A stretch of 64,000 bases of DNA. Source: Alkalispirochaeta sp. (lineage in GTDB: Bacteria; Spirochaetota; Spirochaetia; DSM-27196; Alkalispirochaetaceae). Below are positions 1 through 9,250 of this stretch, one piece after another. The stretch's first letter is position 1. Each line of letters starts with the position of its first letter. A program made the position numbers and the translations under genes. The stretch is from assembly GCA_965601925.1 (NCBI GenBank), contig OZ271854.1, positions 512,001-576,000 on the forward strand, given 5' to 3'. The notes under the pieces were generated by a model. It did no database searches, had not been told where the DNA came from, and saw nothing but the letters and a program-made list of their open reading frames with translations.

Positions 1-491
1 ACGACCGGTATGACTGCGGACTCCAGAATACGCCGCTCGACGAGCGATCGCGCGGCTCCGCCCTGAATAAACACAATATCGATTCCCAGTTCCCGATACA
101 TGGAAATGATACGGCGAAGGGCCTCCGGATCGCGCGCAGTGGTATTGGCCTGAACGGTAATGCCGTTGTCGTGGGCGTGCTCGTGCATAGCGTGTACCAA
201 CTGCGCGAAGTTGGGGTTGGATACGTCGGAAAGGATGAGTCCCGCCCGTATGGGTGAGGGCGAATCAGCTGCCGGCTCGTCGGAGACAAAGGTACCCAAC
301 CCCTGCGACGTGTAGAGCACGCCGTCCTTGACGAGGAGAGAGAGCGCCTTGCTCACCGTTTTTGGATTGGCTGAGAAACGCGCCGACAAATCGCGCAACC
401 CCGGTAGTTTACCCCGCCAGTGTCCCAAGGCGATCTCGTTTCTGATTTGATTCGCGATGTCGACGTACACCGCCTTTCGGTTGCTCTCCAT
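1..491 (-). CDS. GntR-family regulator with LacI-type sugar-binding C-terminal domain (truncated by window edge)
   Basis: Not in the ORF track. Manual translation gives MESNRKAVYVDIANQIRNEIALGHWRGKLPGLRDLSARFSANPKTVSKALSLLVKDGVLYTSQGLGTFV (GntR wHTH), then AGLILSDVSNPNFAQLV (periplasmic-binding fold). Alternative ATG at 500. Confidence 0.85.
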   Translation of the reverse strand, partial: MESNRKAVYVDIANQIRNEIALGHWRGKLPGLRDLSARFSANPKTVSKALSLLVKDGVLYTSQGLGTFVSDEPAADSPSPIRAGLILSDVSNPNFAQLVHAMHEHAHDNGITVQANTTARDPEALRRIISMYRELGIDIVFIQGGAARSLVERRILESAVIPV

Positions 492-547
492 GGGCTGCAT
501 TCGATTCTACTTGATGGGGCGGCTCAATTGAATCACCTTGTTTCGCC

Positions 548-592
548 TTGACATCTCACAGTCAGTGTACCATAATGGTGCACCATGGTACA
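548..592 (+). promoter_or_regulatory. Sigma70-type promoter overlapped by palindromic putative GntR operators
   Basis: TTGACA(548-553)-N17-CATAAT(571-576). Palindrome ATGGTGCACCAT at 575-586 and inverted repeat TGTACCAT(566-573)/ATGGTACA(585-592). Confidence 0.75.
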
Positions 593-1679
593 GGGAATCG
601 TAAACGGTTTGGGAGATCTCGTCTACCGCTCATCGGCCAGGACGCGCTCAATCAGCCCGGAAAACTTCACCGGAGAGAAGGGCGCCGGCGCCATGGCGAC
701 GGAAGGAACCGGAGCGGAGGCGGCGCGCGATCTGGGACGAGGGTGGAAGGTGTCGCCGTCGATCAAGATAGAACCGGGCGAGGAGCGCCTGTTGGGCGCC
801 GTCGACGAGGCGGGCGTCATTCAGCAGATTTGGCTCACGCAAGCGAAGGGAAACTGGCGCCACAGTATTCTGCGCTTCTATTGGGACGGCCAGGAGACGC
901 CGTCGGTGGAGACGCCCCTGGGCGACTTCTTTCTCAACGGGTGGAACCGGTACGCCCCCGTCTCGTCATTGGCGGTGTGCGTCAACTCCAACCGGGGGTT
1001 CAACTCCTACTGGCAGATGCCCTTTGGCACATCGGCCCGTATCACCCTCGAGAACCTTGCGGACGAGCCGATCACGCTGTACTACCAGATCAACTACATC
1101 GTGACCGAGGTCCCGTCCGACGCGCTCTACTTTCACGCCCAGTTTCGCAGGAGCAATCCGCTCCCGTATAAGGAGACGCATACCCTTCTCGACGGGGTGC
1201 GCGGTGCCGGTCACTACGTCGGGACGTACATGGCGTGGGGCGTCAACTCCAACAATTGGTGGGGCGAGGGCGAGATAAAGTTCTACCTCGATGGGGACGC
1301 CGAGTTTCCGACGATCTGCGGTACCGGCACGGAAGATTACTTCTGCGGCGCCTACGACTTCGATGTGGGATTTTTCGAGGAGGGCGCACCTGCACGGTAC
1401 CAAGAGTTCACCACGCCGTACAGCGGTCTCCATCAGGTGATACGTCCCGACGGGGCGTATCGATCGCAACAGCGCTTCGGCATGTATCGGTGGCACATCG
1501 TCGACCCGATTCGCTTCGAGTCGGATATTAGCGTCGATATACAAGCGTTAGGGTGGCGGCACGACGGACGCTACCTACCGCTCCAGGACGACATTGCATC
1601 GGTGAGTTTCTGGTATCAGACCTTGCCCACAACGCCGCATCCGCCGTTGCCCGACCGCGACTATTTGGAAGTCATATAG
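585..1679 (+). CDS. DUF2961 / glycoside hydrolase family 172 protein
   Basis: Motifs RSISPENFTGEKG, NSYWQMPF, WWGEGEIKFY, TICGTGTEDYF, YRWHIVDPIRF; no signal peptide. Confidence 0.9.
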   Translation: MVQGIVNGLGDLVYRSSARTRSISPENFTGEKGAGAMATEGTGAEAARDLGRGWKVSPSIKIEPGEERLLGAVDEAGVIQQIWLTQAKGNWRHSILRFYWDGQETPSVETPLGDFFLNGWNRYAPVSSLAVCVNSNRGFNSYWQMPFGTSARITLENLADEPITLYYQINYIVTEVPSDALYFHAQFRRSNPLPYKETHTLLDGVRGAGHYVGTYMAWGVNSNNWWGEGEIKFYLDGDAEFPTICGTGTEDYFCGAYDFDVGFFEEGAPARYQEFTTPYSGLHQVIRPDGAYRSQQRFGMYRWHIVDPIRFESDISVDIQALGWRHDGRYLPLQDDIASVSFWYQTLPTTPHPPLPDRDYLEVI

Positions 1680-1724
1680 ATGAGAACCACTTGCAAACCG
1701 ATTCGCAATACGAGGAGATGCACG

Positions 1725-2999
1725 ATGATCACACGCAACACGATGGTATTGGTGGGGGTCGCGATACTCGCTATGATTCTCGCACCCGCCGCGCTGTTCG
1801 GCGGCGGACAGGAGGAGCAAGAGGGCGTGGAGCTCCTCTTCTGGTCGCTTCACACCGGCGACGAGGCCGACTTCATGGCCGACCTCGCCCAAACGTACTC
1901 ACAGATGACCGAGGGGGTCACGATACGCTACGAGGCGATTCCCCAGAGCGAGTATCTCGGCGCCGCGTTGACGACCGCATTCGCGTCTGGACAGGGGCCC
2001 GATGTCTTTCTCATCAGTCCCGGCGACTTTTTGAAGTACGCCAACTCAGGCGTAGCCCTCGATCTGACGCCCTACTTCACCCCGGAGATCCGTTCCGACT
2101 TCCTCGACAGCTCCATTGAGGCGGTAACCGTCGGTGGTCAAATACTGGCGGTTCCCTTTGAGATCGAGCTCCTCGGTCTGTATTACAATCGTACGGTGCT
2201 GTCCCAGGCCGGCGTGGAGCCGCCTGAGACGTGGGACGAGTTTGTCGCGGCCACCAGGACACTCACGACCGCGGAGCGCTACGGCGCGCTCATCGAGCCG
2301 ACCCAAGGATATTTCCAGAACTTCCTGTGGTACCCTTTCCTGTGGCAGAACGAAGGCACGGTACTCGACGCCGCGACGATGGAGTCGCGCTTCGATGGAG
2401 CGGCCGCAGAGGCGGCGCTGCAACTGTGGCGCGACCTCGTCGAGGCCGGAGCGGCGCGCTCAATCGCGACCGGTGCGTGGGACGCCGTGTACATCGGCGA
2501 CGGGTCCACGGCCATGCAGGTCACCGGTACGTGGATTATCAACACCTTGGAGTCGACCTACCCCGACGCCGATATCGGTGTGGTGCCCCTACCGATTCCC
2601 GACGGCGGGAGACCGGCTACCGACGCCGGGGGATGGAAGTTTATGGCCAACAGCCGGAGCGACCACGCGGACGAGGCGGCGCAGTTTCTGATGTGGGCGA
2701 TGGCCGAGAGCGTCGAGTGGCCCCTACGGTGGTGCACGGAGGTCAAGTTTGCCTACTCGCCCCGCCGCTCGGTCATAGAGGCGGGTCAGGCGATCTACAA
2801 CCAAGGGTTGCGAGCCGTATTTACCGAGCGCATTTACGACACGGCGATCGGGGAGCCGCGTTATCCCGCCCAGGTCGTCAACATGGTCGGAGAGGCGATC
2901 CAGCAGGCAATGTTTACCGACCGCGATGTCGCGGCCATCGTCGACGACACCGATCGCCGCATTGAAGAGTTCCTCGCTACCTTCGAGGGGTCGATGTAG
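1725..2999 (+). CDS. Carbohydrate ABC transporter substrate-binding protein (family 1)
   Basis: RBS GAGGAG at 1712, ATG 1725; signal peptide ending ALFGGGQEE; GPDVF, LYYNR and PETWDEF motifs. Confidence 0.9.
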   Translation: MITRNTMVLVGVAILAMILAPAALFGGGQEEQEGVELLFWSLHTGDEADFMADLAQTYSQMTEGVTIRYEAIPQSEYLGAALTTAFASGQGPDVFLISPGDFLKYANSGVALDLTPYFTPEIRSDFLDSSIEAVTVGGQILAVPFEIELLGLYYNRTVLSQAGVEPPETWDEFVAATRTLTTAERYGALIEPTQGYFQNFLWYPFLWQNEGTVLDAATMESRFDGAAAEAALQLWRDLVEAGAARSIATGAWDAVYIGDGSTAMQVTGTWIINTLESTYPDADIGVVPLPIPDGGRPATDAGGWKFMANSRSDHADEAAQFLMWAMAESVEWPLRWCTEVKFAYSPRRSVIEAGQAIYNQGLRAVFTERIYDTAIGEPRYPAQVVNMVGEAIQQAMFTDRDVAAIVDDTDRRIEEFLATFEGSM

Positions 3000-3110
3000 A
3001 TACCGTACCGAATGCACCGCGGCGATCGTGGATGACGCGATCGTCGCGAGGAAGCGGGCCACTCACCGCCGGCCGGCGGTGGTCCGCGCCGTCGGTCCAA
3101 CGAGACGCAG

Positions 3111-4004
3111 ATGAAAGATTCCAGTCGAAAAAAGAGACAACGCCGAATGGACTTGGTCGCCTACGCGATGCTGGCCCCCGACCTTATCGGCCTTCTGACG
3201 TTTGTCTTTGTCCCGATCATCTTGGCGCTCTACATCAGCTTCTTCTCATGGAACGCACTCTCATCGATGACTTTCATCGGCATCAGAAACTACGTCAGTG
3301 TGTTTCGGGATCGGGAGTGGTGGCTCTCGGTGGTCAGAACGCTCAACTACACCGCCTTCTACGTCTCCTTTGTATACGTTGGATCGCTCGGTGCGGCGCT
3401 CCTCGTCAACTCACTCGCCGGTACCGCTCGCGGCTTCTTTCGCACCGCGATCTTCGTACCTTTCTCCGTATCGATGGTCGTGGCGGGGATCATCTGGATG
3501 TTCATCTTTGAGGAGCAGCGCGGTTTTGCCAACTCCGTCTTGCGGCTTGTCGGCCTTCCGGTGCAGAACTATCTATCGAACACCGACACGGCCCTCTTGT
3601 GGGTCGCCGTCGTCTCGGCGTGGCTCGTCATCGGCTACTATACGATCATATTCATCGCCGGACTGAACGATATTCCCCGCAGCTACTACGAGGCGGCGGA
3701 GATTGACGGGGCTCGCCCGCTCACGGTCCTCTTTCGGATCACCCTCCCCCAGCTACGACACATAAGCATCTTCGTCTCGGTCATGACGGCGATCGCCTCG
3801 TTTCAAGTCTTCGATCAGATCAAGGTCATGACCAACGGCGGACCGGCAAACGCGACGACCGTGTCGGTGTTTTATATCTACCGCCAAGCCTTTGAGTATA
3901 TCGATCTGGGCTACTCGTCGGCCCTCGCCTTTATCCTCTTTCTTATGGTCTTCGGCAGCAGTCTGCTGCAGTTATCGATCTTTGCGCCTCGGGACGGTGT
4001 GTAA
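3111..4004 (+). CDS. Carbohydrate ABC transporter permease (MalF-like)
   Basis: Multiple TM segments; EAA loop YYEAAEIDGA; FQVFDQI..MTNGGP. Confidence 0.92.
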   Translation: MKDSSRKKRQRRMDLVAYAMLAPDLIGLLTFVFVPIILALYISFFSWNALSSMTFIGIRNYVSVFRDREWWLSVVRTLNYTAFYVSFVYVGSLGAALLVNSLAGTARGFFRTAIFVPFSVSMVVAGIIWMFIFEEQRGFANSVLRLVGLPVQNYLSNTDTALLWVAVVSAWLVIGYYTIIFIAGLNDIPRSYYEAAEIDGARPLTVLFRITLPQLRHISIFVSVMTAIASFQVFDQIKVMTNGGPANATTVSVFYIYRQAFEYIDLGYSSALAFILFLMVFGSSLLQLSIFAPRDGV

Positions 4005-4005
4005 C

Positions 4006-4830
4006 GTGACCTCTCTCCCTCGACTCGCCGGGAGAATCAAGCCCGGCCGAATGCTTCTGGCGACGGTGCTCGTCGCGCTGTTCCTATTTCCGATTCTGCT
4101 CCTGCTGACCTCGTCGCTGAAGCCCCTCGCGGAGGTGTTCGACCTCGCGCTTGTGCCGGCGACCGTGTCGCTCGACGGCTACCGGTACGCCTTTGAGATC
4201 GAGATCCACCGCTTCTTTCTCAACTCGCTATTCGTCTCCGCGGTGGTGACCGTCGTCGCGCTCTTCTTTCACTCCATGGCCGCCTATCCCCTGGCCCGCA
4301 TGCCCTTCACGGGCCGCAAGTACGTCTTTTTGTGGATCTTGAGCACCCTTATGATTCCCTTTCCGGTGATCATGATCCCTCTCTTTATCTTGGTGCGGAG
4401 CTTCGGATGGCTCAACACCTACCAAGGGGTCATCATACCGGCGATACCCCACGCCTACGGCATCTTTCTCTTTCGCCAATTCTACCTGTCGATCCCGAAA
4501 GAGCTCGAAGAGGCGGCGTCCATCGACGGGTGCTCGCCCTTCTCGACGTATGTGAGGATCTTTATTCCCCTCTCCAAGCCCATCGCCGTCACCCTGGCGG
4601 TCGGCTTCTTTATCGCCAATTGGAACAACTATCTGTGGCCCTTGATCGTCAACAACGAGCGGCGCCTGTGGGTCCTGCAAGTCGCGATCGCCAACTTTAT
4701 CAGTCGCAGCGACACGCGATGGGACGCCGTACTCGCCTCCGGTGTGGTTTCGATTGTGCCGACGATCCTTTTCTTCTTTCTCCTCCAACGCTACCTCGTC
4801 GAGGGCATCAAGATGGCGGGTATCAAATAG
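4006..4830 (+). CDS. Carbohydrate ABC transporter permease (MalG-like)
   Basis: IPKELEEAASIDG and WNNYLWP motifs; GTG at 4006 immediately follows the upstream stop (start inferred). Confidence 0.9.
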   Translation: MTSLPRLAGRIKPGRMLLATVLVALFLFPILLLLTSSLKPLAEVFDLALVPATVSLDGYRYAFEIEIHRFFLNSLFVSAVVTVVALFFHSMAAYPLARMPFTGRKYVFLWILSTLMIPFPVIMIPLFILVRSFGWLNTYQGVIIPAIPHAYGIFLFRQFYLSIPKELEEAASIDGCSPFSTYVRIFIPLSKPIAVTLAVGFFIANWNNYLWPLIVNNERRLWVLQVAIANFISRSDTRWDAVLASGVVSIVPTILFFFLLQRYLVEGIKMAGIK

Positions 4831-4927
4831 CGCCTCGATACCCGTCTCGCCTCGACTGCCGCCGTCCTCACGGCGGCGGTTCCTCTGCGGCGGCGGTCCC
4901 GACCGGCGGTGCGTTCGGTTCGTGCGC

Positions 4928-6517
4928 TCACGCCGTGGGACGATTTCGATTCCGATCATGATTCTGAAGCGGACCGAGACGGATGGCGATTTCGGTGCGA
5001 TTCCCGACGTCGAGCTTGCGCATCGCGCGGTAGAGGTGGTTCTTGACGGTCCCCTCGGAGATCGAAAGGTCCGCGGCGATCTCCTTGTTGCTCTTTCCGA
5101 CCGCAACCAAACGAAGGATTTCGCTCTCCCGCGCCGTCACGTGGTACCGTTCGCTCAGAAGCTTGGGATCCAACGGCGCCAGTCGCATTTCGAGGTGCAG
5201 AAAGGACTGTGAAACCTTGAACACGAACAGATTGAAGATGACCACCATTACTCCCAGCGTCGCGACCGTCGAGGCCAGGTAGAGCAACGTCTCGTTCCGA
5301 CTACCCCCTCCAAACAGCGCGACGATGAAGCCTACAGGAGCGAAATCGCGGGACAGTACGATTTCGCGGTAGTGAATCATCTCGCTGAAGGTGATGAGGA
5401 AAAAGATCGCGATGGCGCCGACCATCGTCCACGCCTCTCGCCGTCCCGAGGCGGCGTGCATCACGAACCGCACGGTCATCGCCAGGAGCACCACGCTTTT
5501 GGCGATGTTGTACGAGGTAACGACGCGCGAGTATACGAGAACGGGGAAGAAGAGCGTCACCGCGGCGTTACATGCAACAAACGCGGTAATGCCCCAAACG
5601 ACGCGCCTGGCGATCACTCCGGGATAGGCTCGGTCGGCGATCCACGCAAACACGACGAACACCACATGAGCCGAAAGGTACTCGATCCGGAGTTGGAGCC
5701 ACCATGGAAAACCGGGAACGAGCCGGGTCACTAAGATTTGCCCGGTCACAAAGACCCTCGCGATGAGTGCTAAAAACGCGATGCCCAACAAAAGCGGCGC
5801 GTCCACGCCGCGACGCGCAATGACGTCGGCACGGCGTTGGGACGACGAAAGGAAAAAGTTGTACAGCGCCATTGCGATGAAGTTTCCCAGAAGCAAGAGG
5901 TCGTACATCGTCTCGGTCGCGTCGAGGCGGCGTATCTGACCCGGGGTGCCGAGCTTGATCGCCTTCCACATGCCGCCGCGACGGTGGTGGAAGTTCGATA
6001 CCTGCAACACTATCGTCGCGCGGCCCGCCGGCGCGTCGAACTCGGCGGTATTCATGATGTAGTGGGGACGCGAGGAACCCCGATCGACGCCCGGTGTGCC
6101 GCTTTCGGCGCGTAGCTCCGTATCTACCCACAGGCGATAGGCGGTCGAGGCGTTCGGTATCCACAGCGCCGCGCGTTCCATCCCGGGGGGCAAGAGCAAC
6201 TCCAACAGAAAGGTCGCGTAGCCCATGCCGCCGACCGTCGCTCCCTCGTACTCCCAGTCGTTCCACGTGCTCGGCATACCGAAGAAGCCGTCCGATTCTT
6301 GGAGCCGCCGGTCGCGCTCCGGAAGGTCCGCCGGTGTGAGGAGATTCTCCCAGTAGATGATCCAATCGCCGGTCAACTCGACCGTACCCTGTCGACCGAA
6401 ATCCCATTCCCGCACGTCGATCACGCCTCTTCCGGCCGTAGGAACGCTCTGAGCGCTACAGCCCGCGGCGAGAACACAACCGAGCAGCAGGAGGGGGAAG
6501 CGGCCTTTTTGTCGCAT
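4928..6517 (-). CDS. Membrane-bound regulator: lipobox + 7TM-DISM-type extracellular domain + multi-TM region + C-terminal LuxR HTH
   Basis: LAAGC lipobox; GVIDVREWDF..VELTGDW..YWENLL, GYATF and LQVSNFHHRRGG (DISM-type periplasmic domain); RIEYLS in TM region; VTARESEILRLVAVGKSNKEIAADLSISEGTVKNHL (LuxR). ATG 6517 chosen. Confidence 0.85.
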   Translation of the reverse strand: MRQKGRFPLLLLGCVLAAGCSAQSVPTAGRGVIDVREWDFGRQGTVELTGDWIIYWENLLTPADLPERDRRLQESDGFFGMPSTWNDWEYEGATVGGMGYATFLLELLLPPGMERAALWIPNASTAYRLWVDTELRAESGTPGVDRGSSRPHYIMNTAEFDAPAGRATIVLQVSNFHHRRGGMWKAIKLGTPGQIRRLDATETMYDLLLLGNFIAMALYNFFLSSSQRRADVIARRGVDAPLLLGIAFLALIARVFVTGQILVTRLVPGFPWWLQLRIEYLSAHVVFVVFAWIADRAYPGVIARRVVWGITAFVACNAAVTLFFPVLVYSRVVTSYNIAKSVVLLAMTVRFVMHAASGRREAWTMVGAIAIFFLITFSEMIHYREIVLSRDFAPVGFIVALFGGGSRNETLLYLASTVATLGVMVVIFNLFVFKVSQSFLHLEMRLAPLDPKLLSERYHVTARESEILRLVAVGKSNKEIAADLSISEGTVKNHLYRAMRKLDVGNRTEIAIRLGPLQNHDRNRNRPTA

Positions 6518-6672
6518 ATTGCGGCACCTGAGCCGAAGGTACCACGCCGGCCGGCGCGAGACAACGACAACGAAAGTAACAGGTGGGAAATTGGTACCAA
6601 AGTTACACCCTCCTTTTGTGGTCGTCGATTTCACTTCGGTATACCTGTTGAGAGCGCACATCCGGAGGTTGA

Positions 6673-9240
6673 ATGAAACAAAGACGTTTTTCGGGGATGC
6701 CGTTCATGCTCGCCGCAGCGGCCGCGATATTTCTATTCACCGGCTGTCCCAACCCGCTCGGCGGCGGAGGAGGAGGCGGTGGAGGAGACGATGGTGGAGG
6801 CGGCGGGACGCCGCAAGTTACGGCGGCGCCCTCCTTCTCACCCACGACGGGAACCTACGGCGCCGATATCGCCGTAATGCTTGCGAGCGAAACCGACGGT
6901 GCCACGATCTACTTCACTACCGACGGCTCGGAACCGACCACCGGCTCCGCGGTATATACCGCGCCCATTCCGGTGGCCGGCAACGGGACGGTGATCGCGA
7001 TTCGCGCCTTTGCGGCCGCCGCGGGCTTCAGTCCCAGCGCGCCGGTCGAGGCGGTATTTACCATCGACTACGGACGAGTTTCCACGCCGCAGTTCGACCC
7101 GCCCGCGGGCACCTACGGCTCCGATATCGCCGTCTCGATCTCGACGATGACGGCCGGTGCGACGATTCACTACACCACCGACGGAAACGAGCCGACGACC
7201 GCCTCGCCGGTGTTTGATCCCGCATCGCCGATTGCGGTGGCGGGGAGCGGCTCATCGCGCACCATCCGCGCCCTTGCGGTTGTACCGGGACTCGATCCGA
7301 GCACGGTCGCCGACGGGGTGTTCATCGTCGATTACCCCGACGTCGCCACGCCGACATTCTCGCCGGCGCCGGGCACCTACACGAACGATCAACTCGTATC
7401 GCTCTCAACCACGACCGCCGGCGCAACGATCTACTACACGACAGACGGCCAAGCGCCGACTACCGGCTCGCCGGTATACAGCACGCCGATCGCCGTTGCC
7501 GGCAACGGTGCGTCGGCGACAATCAAGGCGCTCGCCGTGGCGCCCGGCTTTGACGATAGCGCCGTGGCGGAGGGCACCCTCACCGTCGCCTACGCTCCGG
7601 CTGCCACCCCGACCGTCACCGAGCCGCCCCGGCCGTGGGTCAGCGGCCGCCGCTGGTGGCTTGAAAGCAGCCCCGGCGCGACGATCTACTACACGACCAA
7701 CAACTCGGCGCCGCTCGACGTCTCAGGCAACCCGACCGGCGCCGCGCAGGTCTACAATCCCACGCAGGGAGTCCAACTCACCACGCCGGACACCGGCCCG
7801 ACCACCCATACGATCCGCGCGGCGGCCACCGGCGCAGGCTACCTGCCGAGTGCCGAGCTCAGCCAGAGCTTCGAGGTGATTCCCGGGCGGGTGCTGGGCA
7901 ACCTGAGCGGGCCGGATTTTGGCACCCTCGTTAGAGATCTCCCGGAGGGACTCACCGTTACGTGGCGGCAGGACACAACTATTCAATTTGTCCCTGTGAT
8001 GCCTCGAATACGTGTACGACAAGACCTCATCTTCGATGCCGGTGGGTTCGACGTTGTCTTTGACTACGGCTTTACCTCCGCCTCCGGTGGCATACACATC
8101 ATGGTAGGCGACCTCTCCGCGATCAATGTCCCTGATCCCAGCGTTCAGGCGACGCTCATCATGCGCGGTATTACGATACGGGATTTCGCCACCCAGTTCC
8201 GTGGAGGCGCCGTGCGGGTGAACCCTGGGAGCACGTTTATTGCCCAGAACGTTCAATTCGATGGCAACGTCGCCGGCGCCTCTCCCGCCAACGCAGACTC
8301 CGCCGGAGGCGCGATCGCCAATGAGGGTACGCTCGTGGTAGAGGACAGCGTCTTTGTTGGAAACAGAGCACCGGGAGGCGGCGCGATCGCAAACTTCAGC
8401 GGAGGAACGGCAACGATCCGACGGAGCCGCTTTCTGGGCAATTCCCTGGCGAGCTTCAACTCCGCGACACAGTACATATCCGGCGGTGCGATCCTCGCAA
8501 TCGGCGGCACCGTCAACGTTGTCGACAGTTTCTTTGCCGGGAACGAAAGCGATCTTGGTTCAGCATTTGGAGCTATACAGTACGGTGGCGCACTTTCGGC
8601 ATTCGACGGCACGATTAACGTGCAGGGTTCTCAGTTCGCCGGTAATACTGCGGACGTGGGCGCCGCCGTGTATCTGAGCGACGAGAGCACGCACAGCGGT
8701 TCGATACGCATCTCCTCCTCCGCCTTCTATGATAATTCTTCGCTAAGTTTCAATCCTAACATCTTCGATTCCATTATCTCCGCCGGCGTAGCCGGCGGGA
8801 CTGTGGCGGCGAGGCTCGATATTCGTTCTTCAACCATCGTCGACAACACCCCGTTTTCAATAAACGGCTCGTTTAGTGAACCACCGATCCTGGCGCCCAA
8901 TCTGTTGGTGATTAACACCACGGTAGGGAACGGCGACTTCCAGAACAGCTTTGTCCAAACCGGCGTCAACACCGCCGACATCTTCGTCGCCCTGCCGGAC
9001 AAAGGGCCCGACAACACATGGGGCACTAACGACGACGTAGCCGGCGACTTCCGGTTGCGTAGCTCGGCGGACCCGGCAATACGAAGCGGCGTGATCAACG
9101 CCGGCGCCAGTGCCTTGCGCGCGACCGACTTCGCCGACGCCGACGGCGACGGCAACACCGGCGAGAACGAGCCGCTGGACCTGGCCGGAAACAGCCGCGT
9201 TCAGGGCGGCACGATCGACATCGGCGCGGTGGAGCACTAA
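6673..9240 (+). CDS. Surface lipoprotein: 4 chitobiase/FN3-like repeats, beta-helix (GGAI repeats), choice-of-anchor-Q-like C-terminus
   Basis: RBS GGAGG; lipobox FTGC; four ATI(Y/H)(Y/F)TT(D/N) repeats; GGAI/GGAV..F..N repeats; C-terminal DFRL...INAG...DLAGNSRVQGGTIDIGAVEH. Confidence 0.82.
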   Translation: MKQRRFSGMPFMLAAAAAIFLFTGCPNPLGGGGGGGGGDDGGGGGTPQVTAAPSFSPTTGTYGADIAVMLASETDGATIYFTTDGSEPTTGSAVYTAPIPVAGNGTVIAIRAFAAAAGFSPSAPVEAVFTIDYGRVSTPQFDPPAGTYGSDIAVSISTMTAGATIHYTTDGNEPTTASPVFDPASPIAVAGSGSSRTIRALAVVPGLDPSTVADGVFIVDYPDVATPTFSPAPGTYTNDQLVSLSTTTAGATIYYTTDGQAPTTGSPVYSTPIAVAGNGASATIKALAVAPGFDDSAVAEGTLTVAYAPAATPTVTEPPRPWVSGRRWWLESSPGATIYYTTNNSAPLDVSGNPTGAAQVYNPTQGVQLTTPDTGPTTHTIRAAATGAGYLPSAELSQSFEVIPGRVLGNLSGPDFGTLVRDLPEGLTVTWRQDTTIQFVPVMPRIRVRQDLIFDAGGFDVVFDYGFTSASGGIHIMVGDLSAINVPDPSVQATLIMRGITIRDFATQFRGGAVRVNPGSTFIAQNVQFDGNVAGASPANADSAGGAIANEGTLVVEDSVFVGNRAPGGGAIANFSGGTATIRRSRFLGNSLASFNSATQYISGGAILAIGGTVNVVDSFFAGNESDLGSAFGAIQYGGALSAFDGTINVQGSQFAGNTADVGAAVYLSDESTHSGSIRISSSAFYDNSSLSFNPNIFDSIISAGVAGGTVAARLDIRSSTIVDNTPFSINGSFSEPPILAPNLLVINTTVGNGDFQNSFVQTGVNTADIFVALPDKGPDNTWGTNDDVAGDFRLRSSADPAIRSGVINAGASALRATDFADADGDGNTGENEPLDLAGNSRVQGGTIDIGAVEH

Positions 9241-9250
9241 GGAGAACGTG

